Positions 11,269-23,284 of a stretch of DNA of 44,261 nucleotides are shown piece by piece. The position numbers were made by a program, and so were the translations under genes. This DNA is from Nemertoderma westbladi. Lineage: Eukaryota; Animalia; Xenacoelomorpha. The stretch is taken from assembly GCA_032718475.1 (NCBI GenBank), contig JAUCBJ010003019.1, positions 1-44,261 on the forward strand, given 5' to 3'. Position 1 is the stretch's first letter; each line of letters begins with the position of its first letter. A model generated the notes under the pieces. The model saw only the letters and a list, made by a program, of their open reading frames with translations. It made no database searches and was not told where the DNA came from.

Positions 11269-14200
11269 CTAATACCCTAGGAAATTAAAACGACCCGTGT
11301 TGGATACAAATGCGGAGATTATGTCGATAAGAGCCTGCGCCTTGGTGTGCTGCATAGTTATGGAGGGTGGGTGATTAACATCTGTTGGAGGGCCATATAA
11401 GATAGTAGTCAATGTTGGCCTTAGTCCTAAATTTGAAATAGCTGCATGCAAGACAACATGAAGAGAGTGATAATGGAAACATTCCATAAAGTAGTGGAAT
11501 GCGTCCTCTCGCTGATGACCGCAGGAACATGATTTTGTTAATTTAACATGGTTAGAGAAGAGATCGGAATTCAGTGAGGAGCAATTGCATCTGAGTCGCG
11601 CCAATAGGCCATTGATTGATGGTGATCCCAGGGTATAATAATAAGGAACAGGAGACGAGAAACATATTACTGGAAATACACCATTCCTGAAACTTTCAAT
11701 TGTGCCTGAATAACGCAAATCGATCGGAAGTGAGTTCCACAATCTAACAGTAGAAGGTAGGAACGAATCTCTGTAGAAGTTCCTATGGGCCATAGGAGGG
11801 CGTACATTCGTGGAGTTGCGGGTGTTGTATGCACTAGCGGACCTAACAACAGGTGGAAGGATATCCAATAAGTGTTGGGGGGCGCGGTCCGTCATCATTT
11901 TGTAGAATACACACAATTTCTGAAAATCTCGTCTTTGTTGAAGTGGGCACAGCCCAGATTCCTTATACAATTTGCTCGTGTGGCAAGAAACTGTCAATCT
12001 GCAAACTATTCGAATAGCTTCCTTATTTAGGAGCTCCAACTCCATTTTGAGATCCTGAGAGCAGTTGTTCCAAACGGTACTGGCATATTCCAAGTTTGAG
12101 CGGACAAAAGATTTGTAAATATTCATGAGTGCATCCCTGCTAACCTTGTATTTAACAATTCGTAACATATTTAACTTATTATTTGCAGATTTTAGAATTT
12201 TTTCAACCTGTGAGTGCCATTTTAGGGAGGATGAAAGAATAAGACCAAGATGTTGGTGCTCTTCAACTTCGGGGATCGAGATACCATTGAGGAAGAGAGG
12301 AAGATGATTAGGATCGCGTGACCTGCGATGTGAGAACAGCATACTCTCAGTCTTCGAGGGATTGAATTGAACTAACCACCGCGCGCCCCAATTGGATATT
12401 GATGTAAGGTCTGCATTAAGATTAGATGCGGCAAGAATGCAGTTGGACCTGGAATTGACCTCTATGTAGAGAGCGGTGTCATCAGCATAAAGGCTAATGT
12501 TGCCACTAACTACATCCACTATGTCATTGATGAAAATCAAAAACAGTAGGGGTCCCAGGACAGAACCTTGGGGGACTCCAGCCAAGACCTTCACCCAAGA
12601 CGATTGCTGACCATTCACTACAACACATTGAAAATTGTCATTCAAATAGTTGTGGAGCCATTCCAGAAGCTTCCCCCCAATTCCCATGTTTTCCATTTTA
12701 TGCAGCAGACTTTTGTGATGGACTTTGTCAAAAGCCTTACTTATATCTAGAAATACAATTCGGACCTCCTTCCCTTTGTCTAAAGCACTAACAAGGGCGT
12801 TATAGAGTGAAATCAATTGATAGATAGTACCGTCCCCACCCTTGAAACCAGACTGAAATTTGGAGATGTAGGTCTTAACATGAGTGAAGATTATTCTATG
12901 GATGTAGTGCTCGAACAACTTCCCAAGGTTACTGGTAAGGGCAACTGGACGAAAGTTGTTACAAATATCATTTGGAAATTTTTTCAAGAGTGGCAGGACA
13001 TAGCGCATTTTCCATTTTTTTGGATGATACCCGCTATCAAAGATAAATTGAAACAATTTGGAAACGTGAGCTATTATCACAGGCATTCCAGCCTTTATCA
13101 TTCTGTTTGAAATTCCTTCGGCAGGACAGGTAGCACCATCTGGGTCTAAAGCTTTAATGTCGCACAGAATTTCAGATGCACAAAAGTTGATCTCGGTAAG
13201 TATAGGTTCCGGAGGAGCAGTTTGGGGCATAATGAAGTTAGATTCGTCCAGTGAGTATTGATCAATAAAGAAAGAGTTAAAGAGGTCCGCCTTCTCCTTG
13301 GGTGACACAGCAACGATGTTATTATGAGATACCGAGGGAATCTCCGGTTCCAGAGCTTTTCCCATTAATTGTTTGCAAATTGACCACCATTGTTTGCTGG
13401 AAGACCTTGTTGCAAGAAGTTTTTCTGAAAGGTTTGCAAAATACTCATTTTTGGCTTTGCGGCATTCTAGAACGTACTTATTTCTAGCTGAACGAAAGTT
13501 GTTCCAAGAGTTGCCATTGTTGGTGGATTTAGCAACCCGATGTACTCTATCTTTAATGCGAGAGAGGCGTCTTAACTCAGTGGTACACCACGGCTTATCA
13601 TTTGGGCGTACTGTAATAATTTTATTCGGAATTGAAGAACTCGCACAAAGGAAAAATCGGTCTGTCCACGCCGAAACGATGTCGTCAACATCAGTGTAGT
13701 CCGTGTAGACACTGTCCCAATTAGTTTCAGTCAAAAGGCGCCTGAATTTTGGAAAATCCGCCTCCTTATAAAGCCAGATCCGTCTAGTGTATGCTGGTAT
13801 TGTGTTAATAGGAAATTTATAAGAGAAAGAAATTACGCAGTGGTCGCTTGTACCGTAAGGGCTCGAAATATCTATGTTAAAGATAGAATTCGGAAGAGTG
13901 GAAATAACTGGGGATGGTGATGTACTAGTAGTTTGGGTTATGCGAGTAGGCTCCTGAATATACTGGAACAAACACTGACGCAATATAAGAGAGGAAATAT
14001 CACGACATTTAGTTGGATCTAAAAGGTCCTGATTGAAGTCTCCCAAAATAAGAATCTCCTTGAATCCTAAACTCTTTGCTTCTGAAACCATAGAATTAGC
14101 TACTTCCCAGAAGTTACTAGGGGTGGTGCTAGGCCGATAGAATAGACCGATAGCAAGTTTTTTGCGGCCAAAACTACAGGAGCACCATAATGATTCGAAT

Positions 14201-14667
14201 AGTGGGTCAATGTTCTCGATGGTGCTAAGCCTCTTAACTTTAAACTTGTTGGAAATGTATAAAGCTAAGCCACCACCAAGAGACGGGCGATCACGGCGTT
14301 GTGGCACATGAAAATTAGATATCAGAAATTTATTAGAAATCTGATCAGATGAAAACCAGGTCTCGACGAATGCAAGTATATCAAAGTTTGAGGATAGATT
14401 ATCTGGCAAAAAATCCCAATTACAAGGCAGTGAACGAATATTTGTCAGCATAACTTTAATAGATGGAAGAGAGGGGCCTGGGTTAGGGTGAATATCCCCG
14501 GATATATATAAAATAAAAGTTAAACATGCAATAAACCACGCAAGAGCTAGGCCATGGAAAAGCAGTAAGGAAAACGTGTCACAAAAATTTTCGCTTCTAC
14601 AGTATCCAGAGGTAGCCCCGTGAAAAGTCCCCACGCTTGCTCGCCATTGCTCAATAGAAATGTTCAT
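11269..14667 (-). CDS. LINE ORF2: APE endonuclease plus reverse transcriptase (1132 aa) with N-terminal 2A-like motif and C-terminal Cys/His motif
   Basis: Motifs NIRS, ETW, GDFN, SDH (APE); FLDISKAFD, GVPQGSVLGP, YADD (RT); CSCGHQREDAFHYFMEC. Confidence 0.95.
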   Translation of the reverse strand: MNISIEQWRASVGTFHGATSGYCRSENFCDTFSLLLFHGLALAWFIACLTFILYISGDIHPNPGPSLPSIKVMLTNIRSLPCNWDFLPDNLSSNFDILAFVETWFSSDQISNKFLISNFHVPQRRDRPSLGGGLALYISNKFKVKRLSTIENIDPLFESLWCSCSFGRKKLAIGLFYRPSTTPSNFWEVANSMVSEAKSLGFKEILILGDFNQDLLDPTKCRDISSLILRQCLFQYIQEPTRITQTTSTSPSPVISTLPNSIFNIDISSPYGTSDHCVISFSYKFPINTIPAYTRRIWLYKEADFPKFRRLLTETNWDSVYTDYTDVDDIVSAWTDRFFLCASSSIPNKIITVRPNDKPWCTTELRRLSRIKDRVHRVAKSTNNGNSWNNFRSARNKYVLECRKAKNEYFANLSEKLLATRSSSKQWWSICKQLMGKALEPEIPSVSHNNIVAVSPKEKADLFNSFFIDQYSLDESNFIMPQTAPPEPILTEINFCASEILCDIKALDPDGATCPAEGISNRMIKAGMPVIIAHVSKLFQFIFDSGYHPKKWKMRYVLPLLKKFPNDICNNFRPVALTSNLGKLFEHYIHRIIFTHVKTYISKFQSGFKGGDGTIYQLISLYNALVSALDKGKEVRIVFLDISKAFDKVHHKSLLHKMENMGIGGKLLEWLHNYLNDNFQCVVVNGQQSSWVKVLAGVPQGSVLGPLLFLIFINDIVDVVSGNISLYADDTALYIEVNSRSNCILAASNLNADLTSISNWGARWLVQFNPSKTESMLFSHRRSRDPNHLPLFLNGISIPEVEEHQHLGLILSSSLKWHSQVEKILKSANNKLNMLRIVKYKVSRDALMNIYKSFVRSNLEYASTVWNNCSQDLKMELELLNKEAIRIVCRLTVSCHTSKLYKESGLCPLQQRRDFQKLCVFYKMMTDRAPQHLLDILPPVVRSASAYNTRNSTNVRPPMAHRNFYRDSFLPSTVRLWNSLPIDLRYSGTIESFRNGVFPVICFSSPVPYYYTLGSPSINGLLARLRCNCSSLNSDLFSNHVKLTKSCSCGHQREDAFHYFMECFHYHSLHVVLHAAISNLGLRPTLTTILYGPPTDVNHPPSITMQHTKAQALIDIISAFVSNTGRFNFLGY

Positions 14668-15269
14668 TTAAAAAATTTCGAAAGAAAAAAAAAACGAGAA
14701 AAGTTGTGAGGAGCGAGCAGGGGGGGGGGGGGGGGGGGGGGGCAGTGATGCAACACACAAAGCGCGTAATAAGCTTACCTTTGGATAAAAATATTTTTTG
14801 CAAATAGGATAAGAGACATGGCAGTATGAAGATGCTGATTGGCTTGAGGGAAATCCAACACACATGACATTCACACACACACACCAACTCACACAGCAGA
14901 CACAGACAACAGACATACAAAGTGATATAATGTGGTATGAAGTGAAGAGAAGGGAGAATGAGTGAACCCAAGAAATGGAAAAGATGAATTAATTTCAAAT
15001 TTGACTGTGGTCTATATTCCCATCACCATAAACGTTAATAACGATATTGTACATACATAGGCCTGTGGCAATTGAAAATTAATACATACAAAAGATCGGC
15101 GAGCAAATAAACGTAAATTAGGTGAATTATATCCACGCATAAGAGGAATCGACTATGTTCATGCGAAATTAAGTTGACTGATACGGAAAATATATATGCT
15201 GAATATTTCAAATACAACTGTTCTGGAAAATATTTCAAATGCCAAACTAATGCGTAAATTAAAATGAAT

Positions 15270-15790
15270 GATATAAAATATGGCACTTAGTAGGCTGATA
15301 AATTTACGCGGAAATTAAATTAAATACCGGTACTGGAATATGGCGCTTAGTAGACTGAAGTATATGTAGAATATTAAATACTGAAATATGAATGCAGAAA
15401 TATGGCGCTTAATAAATTGAAATATTTATATAGAGGATTAGATACTGAAATATGGCGCTTAATAAATTGAAATATTTATTAAAATATGGCGCTTAATAAA
15501 TTGAAATATTTATATAGAGGAATAGATACTGAAATATGGCGCTTAGTAAATTGAAACATTTATATAGAGGATTAGATACTGAAATATGGCGCTTAAAAAA
15601 CTGAATATTTATGTGGAATATTAAATACTGAAATATGGCGCTTAGTAAATTGAAATATTTATATAGACTATATATAAACTGAAACATTTATGTAGAACAT
15701 TAACTACTGAAATGTGGTGCTTAGTAGGCTGAAATATTACCGCAGAAGTTAAAGATTAAAATATGGCGCATAGTGACTAAAATGCTTGAA
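15270..15790. repeat. Degenerate ~50-bp minisatellite in the LINE inter-ORF region
   Basis: Repeated ACTGAAATATGGCGCTTA(G/A)TAAATTGAAATATTTATATAGA units, about 10 copies. Confidence 0.85.
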
Positions 15791-15928
15791 TAGAATATTA
15801 AGCTAACTAATAAGAAATATACTTCTGAAACTTGAAACATTTGACTTGGTAAAAATGATATAACTGAATCAGTAAATACCGGTAGATGGTCAGTACCGAT
15901 ACAGTTACGATGAACATCACCTGCTCAA

Positions 15929-16984
15929 CTATTCTTCGGACGACCCACGAAGACCGATCAGAAGGGAGAATAATCTGGGGGACAAGTCAGACTGGAGGAA
16001 ATTGAGGACGTCTGTTAGAATCGTTAGATCTTTGGTAGCACAACGATCCTGTCCACCGTTGATAGCGTCCTCTACGACCTTGCGAAGTGAATCCACTCGG
16101 AAAACATCCCGCTTCTCGCCCGACAACAACTTGATGTATATGGCACCGTCGCGTGTCCAACAGTCCGATATTAATTTCATTTTGACAAATTTACGGCACT
16201 CAAGGAATAGAAGGGAGCGGTAAGGCGTGAGGCACTCGTTTACATAAATACGATCTGCCCGTGAGTCTGTCTTTAGTTTGAAACGGCCACGGTAGAAATG
16301 ATCCCTTGCCCTATACGTACTGAACTTTATGACTACCTGCCTTTTGTTGCGGGAAAGGTGAATTCTAGATGTGTCGCGAAGTAGATCGAATGATGTTACC
16401 CCACAACGCCGAGCGACCTCTACAACGAATGTGTCAACAACGTCATTAGTGGAAGCGGGAGAACTGGCTGCCTGCACGGCAGTCGCTTCTGCTGAAGGGC
16501 CGGATAATATAAGAGTGTTACGGCGCGAATATTGGGACTCATTATCACTTTTAAGAGCAAGAGCATTGATATGGGTTTTTTGGACAGAGCATCCGGTACA
16601 AGGTGACTCGAGTCGGCTGAGAAGAGATGTCGTCAGCGAGTCGAATTTAGCAGATATCGATCTCGTTATATTGTCTGCAAAGGACTGTAATAAGCCGCGC
16701 ATATCATCCTTATTGCCAGTAGTGAAATTCGAGATAGCGGAGGAAAAAGTCGGTTCGTCTTCTTCGCCCCAGTCGAGCGTCGTAGTCTGCGTCGCCTGAG
16801 GTACCGGTACCGATACCGGTAAACGTTTCGGATCTGGGGAGGCTACAGATGAGGAATGAGACGTTGCACTGTAAGAACGTTTGGACGGACCGTCACTACG
16901 ATTTAATTCTGTTTCTGTCATGCGAGTGCAAGTTCCCGTTGCCGTTGGGTTCATTTCGCAGCGGGAAGGATAGCAGTGAGGCAA
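15929..16984 (-). CDS. LINE ORF1 (coiled coil, RRM-type, C-terminal domain), 351 aa; exact start uncertain
   Basis: QYSRRNTLILSG, VVIKFSTYRAR, IYVNECLT and CWTRDGAIYIK are typical CR1-group ORF1 motifs. Same strand as and upstream of ORF2. Confidence 0.88.
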   Translation of the reverse strand: MPHCYPSRCEMNPTATGTCTRMTETELNRSDGPSKRSYSATSHSSSVASPDPKRLPVSVPVPQATQTTTLDWGEEDEPTFSSAISNFTTGNKDDMRGLLQSFADNITRSISAKFDSLTTSLLSRLESPCTGCSVQKTHINALALKSDNESQYSRRNTLILSGPSAEATAVQAASSPASTNDVVDTFVVEVARRCGVTSFDLLRDTSRIHLSRNKRQVVIKFSTYRARDHFYRGRFKLKTDSRADRIYVNECLTPYRSLLFLECRKFVKMKLISDCWTRDGAIYIKLLSGEKRDVFRVDSLRKVVEDAINGGQDRCATKDLTILTDVLNFLQSDLSPRLFSLLIGLRGSSEE

Positions 16985-17103
16985 TAGAACGACGGTAGGC
17001 CTATGTAGTACGGTACAATTTATTAAAAGCCTGAAATTGGTGTATTGGGACTAGGATGTGCACTAGGCCTCCATTATTGTACGTACAAGTATATCAAGTA
17101 TAT

Positions 17104-20100
17104 CGTCAAGTTCAATGGAGATGAGATGAAATGGTTACCTTTTAATGAATATTATAAAGATAACATACAGAACTCTGTGCTATCTAACGGAGAGAAACTT
17201 AGATTCCTCATCGAGTGCTTGGAAGGATCTCCCAAGTTAATGGCGTTAAAGTTTATTGGACATCCAGATGGATTAAGACAAGTTTGGGATACACTAAACA
17301 TCAGGTATGGTAATAGGAATAACATAGCTAGGTATTTGTATGCAAAACTAGTAGCGCCCCGAAAGTTCATTAGCAGCGGGATTATAGAGTTTTCCGATGA
17401 GATTCAGGAGATCTGTAGACAATTAGATTGGCTAGGTAAGTCTCATGAATATCAGAGTTCTATGGTTATTGGAGCCGTAGCATCTACTTTACCCAAGGGT
17501 GGAGTAGCTACACGCTGGGATAAGAAAGTGTTATATATGATGGAACAACAACGACGAGACCCTACCATGGCTGATCTCATGTCATTCTTAGATGGAGAAG
17601 TAAAATTACAGCTCCTAAAGCAGTCCAGGGAGAAGACACCGGAAAATAAGGTAAGTGAGAAACCCGTTTCTAGGAGAAAGGTAACACCAGTGTGTTATAC
17701 AGACGACGGCGAAAGCCAGGCTTCTCAAGAAGAAGACAGCGGAAAAGACACTGAAAGATCTTACTATGTAAACAAAGCGTCTAAAGACGTAAGTAAATTC
17801 AAGTCTCGAACCAATGACAGGAGAGAACAGGTAAGAAAAACTCCTCCTACGTCTCCTAAGAAAATTCATGTAAGAAAGCCCGAAGAAAGAACGAGTGTGC
17901 ACAACGTTACTCAAAGTAAGGTAAGTAACATCAAACCGAAATGTGCGCTGTGTGACGGGCCCCACCGTTTGAGCGTGTGTGATGAATTCCTAAAGAAATC
18001 ATTGAAAGATAGACGTGAAGTCATGTGGGATAAGCGGTTGTGTTATAATTGCCTCAGACAAGGACACCAACGGCGAACCTGGTACTCCGATGCAAGGTGT
18101 GCAAAGTGCGGCGCAAAGCATCATATCTTGTTGCACACTGAATTCGAATGAAACAGCCTGAGTCAGGTAAGTGAGTCCGAACTACATGTCCAATTCAGTG
18201 ATGTGAACGACACTGACCAAAGTTCTGAGATGGAAGGATTTTATACGGACGAATTCTCCGATGAAAACGAATCCTGTTACCTAATATATACCACAGTGTA
18301 TCGAGCACTTACCTATGAAAAGGACACCGACAGTGAGCCCCCCCTAACTACTCCTGACCGACAACCATCTTGGAAAGCACCAACTTCCAACGTAGGAATC
18401 AGAGAATTTCCCGTAGTGCAGTTGAGAGTCCATGGGCCAAACAAAAGCTATATAGTGAATGCCCTCCTTGACTCCGGCAGCACAGGAACATTCATCGACA
18501 AAGAACTAGCCGAAGACATCTTTGCTGGACAACCCAAATTCCGAACTAAGTTAAACATGTCAGGAATTATGAGGTTTGGAAATCTACAGTAATTGCAGAT
18601 TATTATGTAGGTACGTTGTCCACCCCCCAGGATGAACTAGGAGAACACAGTATAAGGTCAGTAAAAATGGTGGCGATAAAGAACTTCGCTACCAGCCAAG
18701 TGGAACCTTATAACTGGGATGAGGACGATTTCACCCAGCAGCTTAAGATACCTAGATTTAACACAGACTACCCTGGAGTGCAAATACTCATCGGCCAAAA
18801 TGCGCATGAGGCGCTTGAGACATTGGAGAAACGGCCTGCTCAACCGCAACCACTACAAGCTTATGCGGGAAGAACTAGAGTAGGTTGGTACTTTACTGGC
18901 CCTTCCCGTAGAACTCTCATGGAAAGGTTACCCAAAGAACGGGTATACCAGGTAAGTGAATGGGAAGAGGAGTTCAGTGAGGTAGAAGACATAACTGAGG
19001 GAACACCATACTCCTCAGATAATGACGATATCCACCAACTCTTCGACGAGGAGAATACCATCGACCTCCTTACCGAAAACGAAACTTGGCAAAACCAAGT
19101 GAACCTATGTCAACTCATTCGTCCATCAGGACAAGTCGACTATAACGACGAACTGAATGACGTGATAGATCGCTACAACGCGAAGACTCGGGATGAACAC
19201 GCCGTACGATTCTTTACTCAAGAGGCTGTAGAGCCCAATTCCTACGATAAGGCCCTATCGGTAGAAGAAGAAAGAGCCAAGCAGATACAGGAAACAACTA
19301 CACGTTTTCTTAAAGATCAAGGTAGATATGAAATTGGTCTACCATTTCGAAAGCGAGAACCTAAATTTATAAACAACCGACCCTTGGCGGAGAAAAGAAT
19401 TGCGCAACTATATCGACGCCTTACGGCAAATGCTTCAGCTAAAGAAATGTACAAGACTCAGTTGAAGAAATTTATTGACAAGGGATATGCGGAGCGAGTA
19501 CCGGAAGAAACACCCATAACTGAGAGAACGTACTATCTAACACATCATTACGTTCCCAAACCCGGTAAACCCAATGAAGTCCGGGTAGTATTTGACGGCT
19601 CCGCCCTCTACATGGGCCAATCCCTTAATTCCGAGTTGTTAGCAGGACCCAACTTACTCCAATCCTTGTTGGGAATCCTCTTAAGATTACGACAATATTC
19701 AATCGCTTTCGCCTCCAATATAGAAGGCATGTTCTTACAAGTTAAGGCGCTGGATAGGGATCGAGACAGCCTACGATTTCTGTGGTGGCCTGAGGGAGAC
19801 CTCAACCAGAAACCGGTGGAGTACTGGATGACCATCCAGGCTTTTGGGATCATCTCAAGCCCTTCAAACGCCTGCTCAGTAGTAAGCACCACTGCTGATG
19901 ACAACCGGGAGGCCTTCTCTAAAGAGGTGATCGACAACATAAAACGGGATATATACATGGACGACAATTTAAAGTCCCTCCCATCGGTGGAAAAAGCCAT
20001 TGATGTCGCCAAAGGAACGGTAGAGTGCTTGAAAAGAGGTGGATTTCGATTAACTAAATTCACCAGCAACTCCCGTGAGTTTCTGGAATCGATCCCGGTA

Positions 20101-20658
20101 GAAGACCGAGGAGTGAAAGATCTAGACCTAATCAAGGACGATCTTCCAGAAACCAAGACACTTGGTTTGAAATGGGACACAGAGAGAGATATCCTGTTTT
20201 TCCAGCTAAAACAGCGAGATAATCCAGTTCGGACTAAACGGATTTGTCTAAGTATCCTGAGCACTTATTTCGATCCATTGGGATTTATTAGCCCAGTTAT
20301 ATTGATTGCTCGGAGTTTAGTACAACAAATGTGGCTTGAAAATCACTCATGGGATGATCCACTTAAGGGAGAGCTACTAACGAAGTGGATGAAATTGGAA
20401 GATTCTCTACCATCCATCGAGAACTTTATAATTTCCCGTTCCTATTTTGGTCATGTTCTCCCCACGTATTCCTATCAACTCCATGTGTTTGGAGACGCCA
20501 GCGATATGGGAATAGGTATAGTAGCCTACCTGAGAGTTGAAACTCCGGATGGAATCAAAGTCGCCTTGGTTACCTCTAAGGCATTGATAAACAACAAGTT
20601 GAAAGTTCCTCGAGCGGAGTTAAAAGCTGCTCTATACGCTACAGCCATTGGCCGTAAT
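17104..20658 (+). pseudogene. A gag capsid/Zn knuckles, aspartic protease, RT and N-terminal RNase H (stops at 18149 and 18590)
   Basis: CALCDGPHRLSVC, CYNCLRQGHQRR, CAKCGAKHHILLH; NALLDSGSTGTFI; VRVVFDGS, SLNSELLAGP, YMDD, FDPLG, LHVFGDAS. TGA at 18149 is CGA in B. Confidence 0.92.
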
Positions 20659-21189
20659 TGTGACGGGATCTACGGATCCCGGTTTATCCGTTGGGTTTTC
20701 TATCCACGCGTCCCCGCCGTGTGTGAAAGGTAAAAGAGTTCTGATGTTGGGTAATATGTATAAAGGTATAATAGTCTGATAGTTGATATAGTATAGTATG
20801 ACACAACAGGTAATATATAATGGCGGTAGCGGACGGTGACAGAAGTCCCCGTTCCACCCTACTGATCTGACTGAGTAAACTGAATGACATGATTACAGGT
20901 TACTGGTTATATTGCACGGTGGCCTTATTGCTACTCAATCGATGCCTTTCCCCCCTCTGATTGGTTGATACCCCTGTTGGCACCCCGTGGAGTGTTCCCG
21001 TTCACTCCTCCTGTTCTCTCTGGGTTAGGGGTTTGGCCCCTGACCCCTTATTGTGTGTGTCTCCTTTGGGGCCTATTGTCCCCGTTTACTGGGCTGACAC
21101 GAGGTTGATTGGTAATCAACCTCGTGCTCCCAATATTGCTTTATGGCTCACTCTATGGGTTTGTGTTAGCGGAATTGGATAAGCTAACA
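20659..21189 (-). repeat. 3' LTR of element C
   Basis: Minus strand TGTTAGC...CCCGTCACA, preceded by PPT GGGGGGGAG (21190-21198). I find one mismatch to the other LTR (20801 A vs 27211 T). Confidence 0.95.
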
Positions 21190-21799
21190 CTCCCCCCCAT
21201 GCTATCTTCCCGGTAAGAAGATAGCATCCAACTCAAGTGCGCTACAATTCCACTGGATCCCGATCTAGCATCGGGTGTGGGGTGGGTATATTTTTTCTTT
21301 CGGAGCCGGCTTTCCGGGCCGCTCCCTATGGGTATGATGTCACTACCCTCTGGCGTCTCGTGTCGGGCCGATCGTGCGCTTCTCTCACACAATTTTTGTT
21401 TCCCCAACACTCTCACCACTCTACTCCAACTCTCGCATACTCCCGGACCTCCTCGTCCCACACTCTTCCTCTCACTTCTCCTCCCCCACACTTGAATTGC
21501 GCCCACGCTCTCTTCGCACTTCGCACTATTACTCCATCCCTCCTTGACTACCTTATCTCTTCTGACGAATCTCACCCCCCCTCCGTGCCGTCACACTCAG
21601 GAAATGTGAAATCGTCTGGCGTCTTGTCCCTAGTGCCATAGTCACTTAGCCCCCCAGTCCCAGTAGCTAATTGAGAAAGGTTGTATGACTATAGTACTTA
21701 CACCACTATCTCCGCACCCCGCACTATCACCTCTCCACTCTCTTGTCACTCCCTAAGGCTTTATTCTCTAATGCTACCCCTGTGCTATCATACTATCTA

Positions 21800-23255
21800 C
21801 CTACTGCTTACTAACTCTAACTATCTAACTAACTCTGCTAACTACTAACTCTTACTACTTCTAGCTCTAACTGAGAGCCTCTAACTTTCTACTGACTCTA
21901 ACTCTCTACTAAGTCTAACTAACTCCTACTAGCTCTCTACTTCTACTAACTCTACTTGACTCCCCTGAGTCTACCAACTCTGCTAACTAGCTCTACTAAC
22001 TCTACTCCACTAGCTCTGCTAACTCTACTCCACTAGCTCTGCTAACTCTACTAACTAGCTCTACTAACTCTACTCCACTCTTCTAACTACGTGGCGCTTG
22101 CGGTGCCCACAACCCCTTTACTACTACTTCCTTCTACGTGGCGCTTGCGGTGCCCACAACCACTCTACTATCTGGCACCCTATGTGCCCTCTCTACTACT
22201 CAACTACCTCTCTAACACTCTAACCCTACTACTTGGCACCCTATGTGCCCTCTCTACTACTCCACTCTCTGGCACCCTATGTGCCCTCTCTACTACCTCT
22301 AACACTCTAACTCTACTACCTGGCACCCTATGTGCCCTCTCTACTACACTACTACACCCCCTTTACGTCTCATCGCCTACACGTGACGCTCTGAGTGCCG
22401 GCAGAGTGGGTACGTTAATTATGTGAACTACTACTGACTCTACTAACTCTACTAACTCTCTTCTAACTCTCTTCTAACTCTACTAACTCTTTTTGTGCCC
22501 GGCACCTCTTGTGCCCGGCACCTTCTAACTCTACTAACTCTTTTTGTGCCCGGCACCTCTTGTGCCCGGCACCTTCTAACTCTACTAACTCTACTAACTC
22601 TCTACTAACTCAACTAACTCTACTACTAACTCTACTACTAACTCCTTTTGTGCCCGGCACCTCTTGTGCCCGGCACCCACCCTAATTAACATACCCTGCT
22701 CTTACATCAAACACGTCATCACGCCCGTGCCCCACTAAGTTCAGCGCATTCCCTACTAACTCTAACTACGTGGCGCTTACAGTGCCCACAACCCTCTACT
22801 GCTACTACTAACACCCCTAACTAGCGGTACTACGTACCCTTTAACTCCTACTCTCTAACGGTACTGCGTACCCTCTAACTCTTACTCTAACTCCACTAAC
22901 TGACGGTACTACGTACCCTCTAACTCTTGCTCTAACTAGCGGTACTTACGTACCCTCTAACTCTAAATAACTAGCGGTACTTACGTACCCTCTAACTCTC
23001 TTCTACTAACGGTACTACACGTACCCTCCTACTAACTCTTCTACTAACGGTACTACACGTACCCTCCTACTAACTCTTCTACTAACGGTACTACACGTAC
23101 CCTCCTACTAACTCTTCTACTAACGGTACTACACGTACCCTCCTACTAACTCTTCTACTAACGGTACTACAGTACCCTCCTACTAACTCTTCTACTAACG
23201 GTACTACACGTACCCTCCTTTAACTAACTAACTAACTAACTAACTACCTAACTTC
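21800..23255. repeat. Strand-skewed low-complexity/minisatellite 3' region of C (CTAACTCTA matrix, 38-bp unit x~6, GTGCCCGGCAC and GGCACCCTATGTGCC units)
   Basis: Directly visible. The 38-bp unit CTACTAACGGTACTACACGTACCCTCCTACTAACTCTT spans ~23003-23218. Confidence 0.9.
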
Positions 23256-23284
23256 TACCTACTCTATTATTTAATTATTTTTAA

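Larger units (their letters stand above)
10756..17103 (-). mobile_element. Apparently full-length CR1-group (CR1/L2/Crack-like) LINE inserted in A gag
   Basis: Poly(T) at 10755-10766 is the poly(A) tail. The flanks GGGAGAGAT|CGTCAAGTTC are contiguous in B. ORF1 and ORF2 are open. At most a 2-bp AT overlap, no clear TSD. Confidence 0.9.

Noticed and set aside
15270-15790. CRISPR-like array (also 22800-23220 and 41800-42276)
   Set aside because: Inter-repeat sequences are themselves repetitive, there are no cas genes, and the context is eukaryotic.
17045-17103. Start of the 368-aa ORF
   Set aside because: Chimeric: the first ~20 codons are the antisense LINE 5' end. True gag resumes at 17104.
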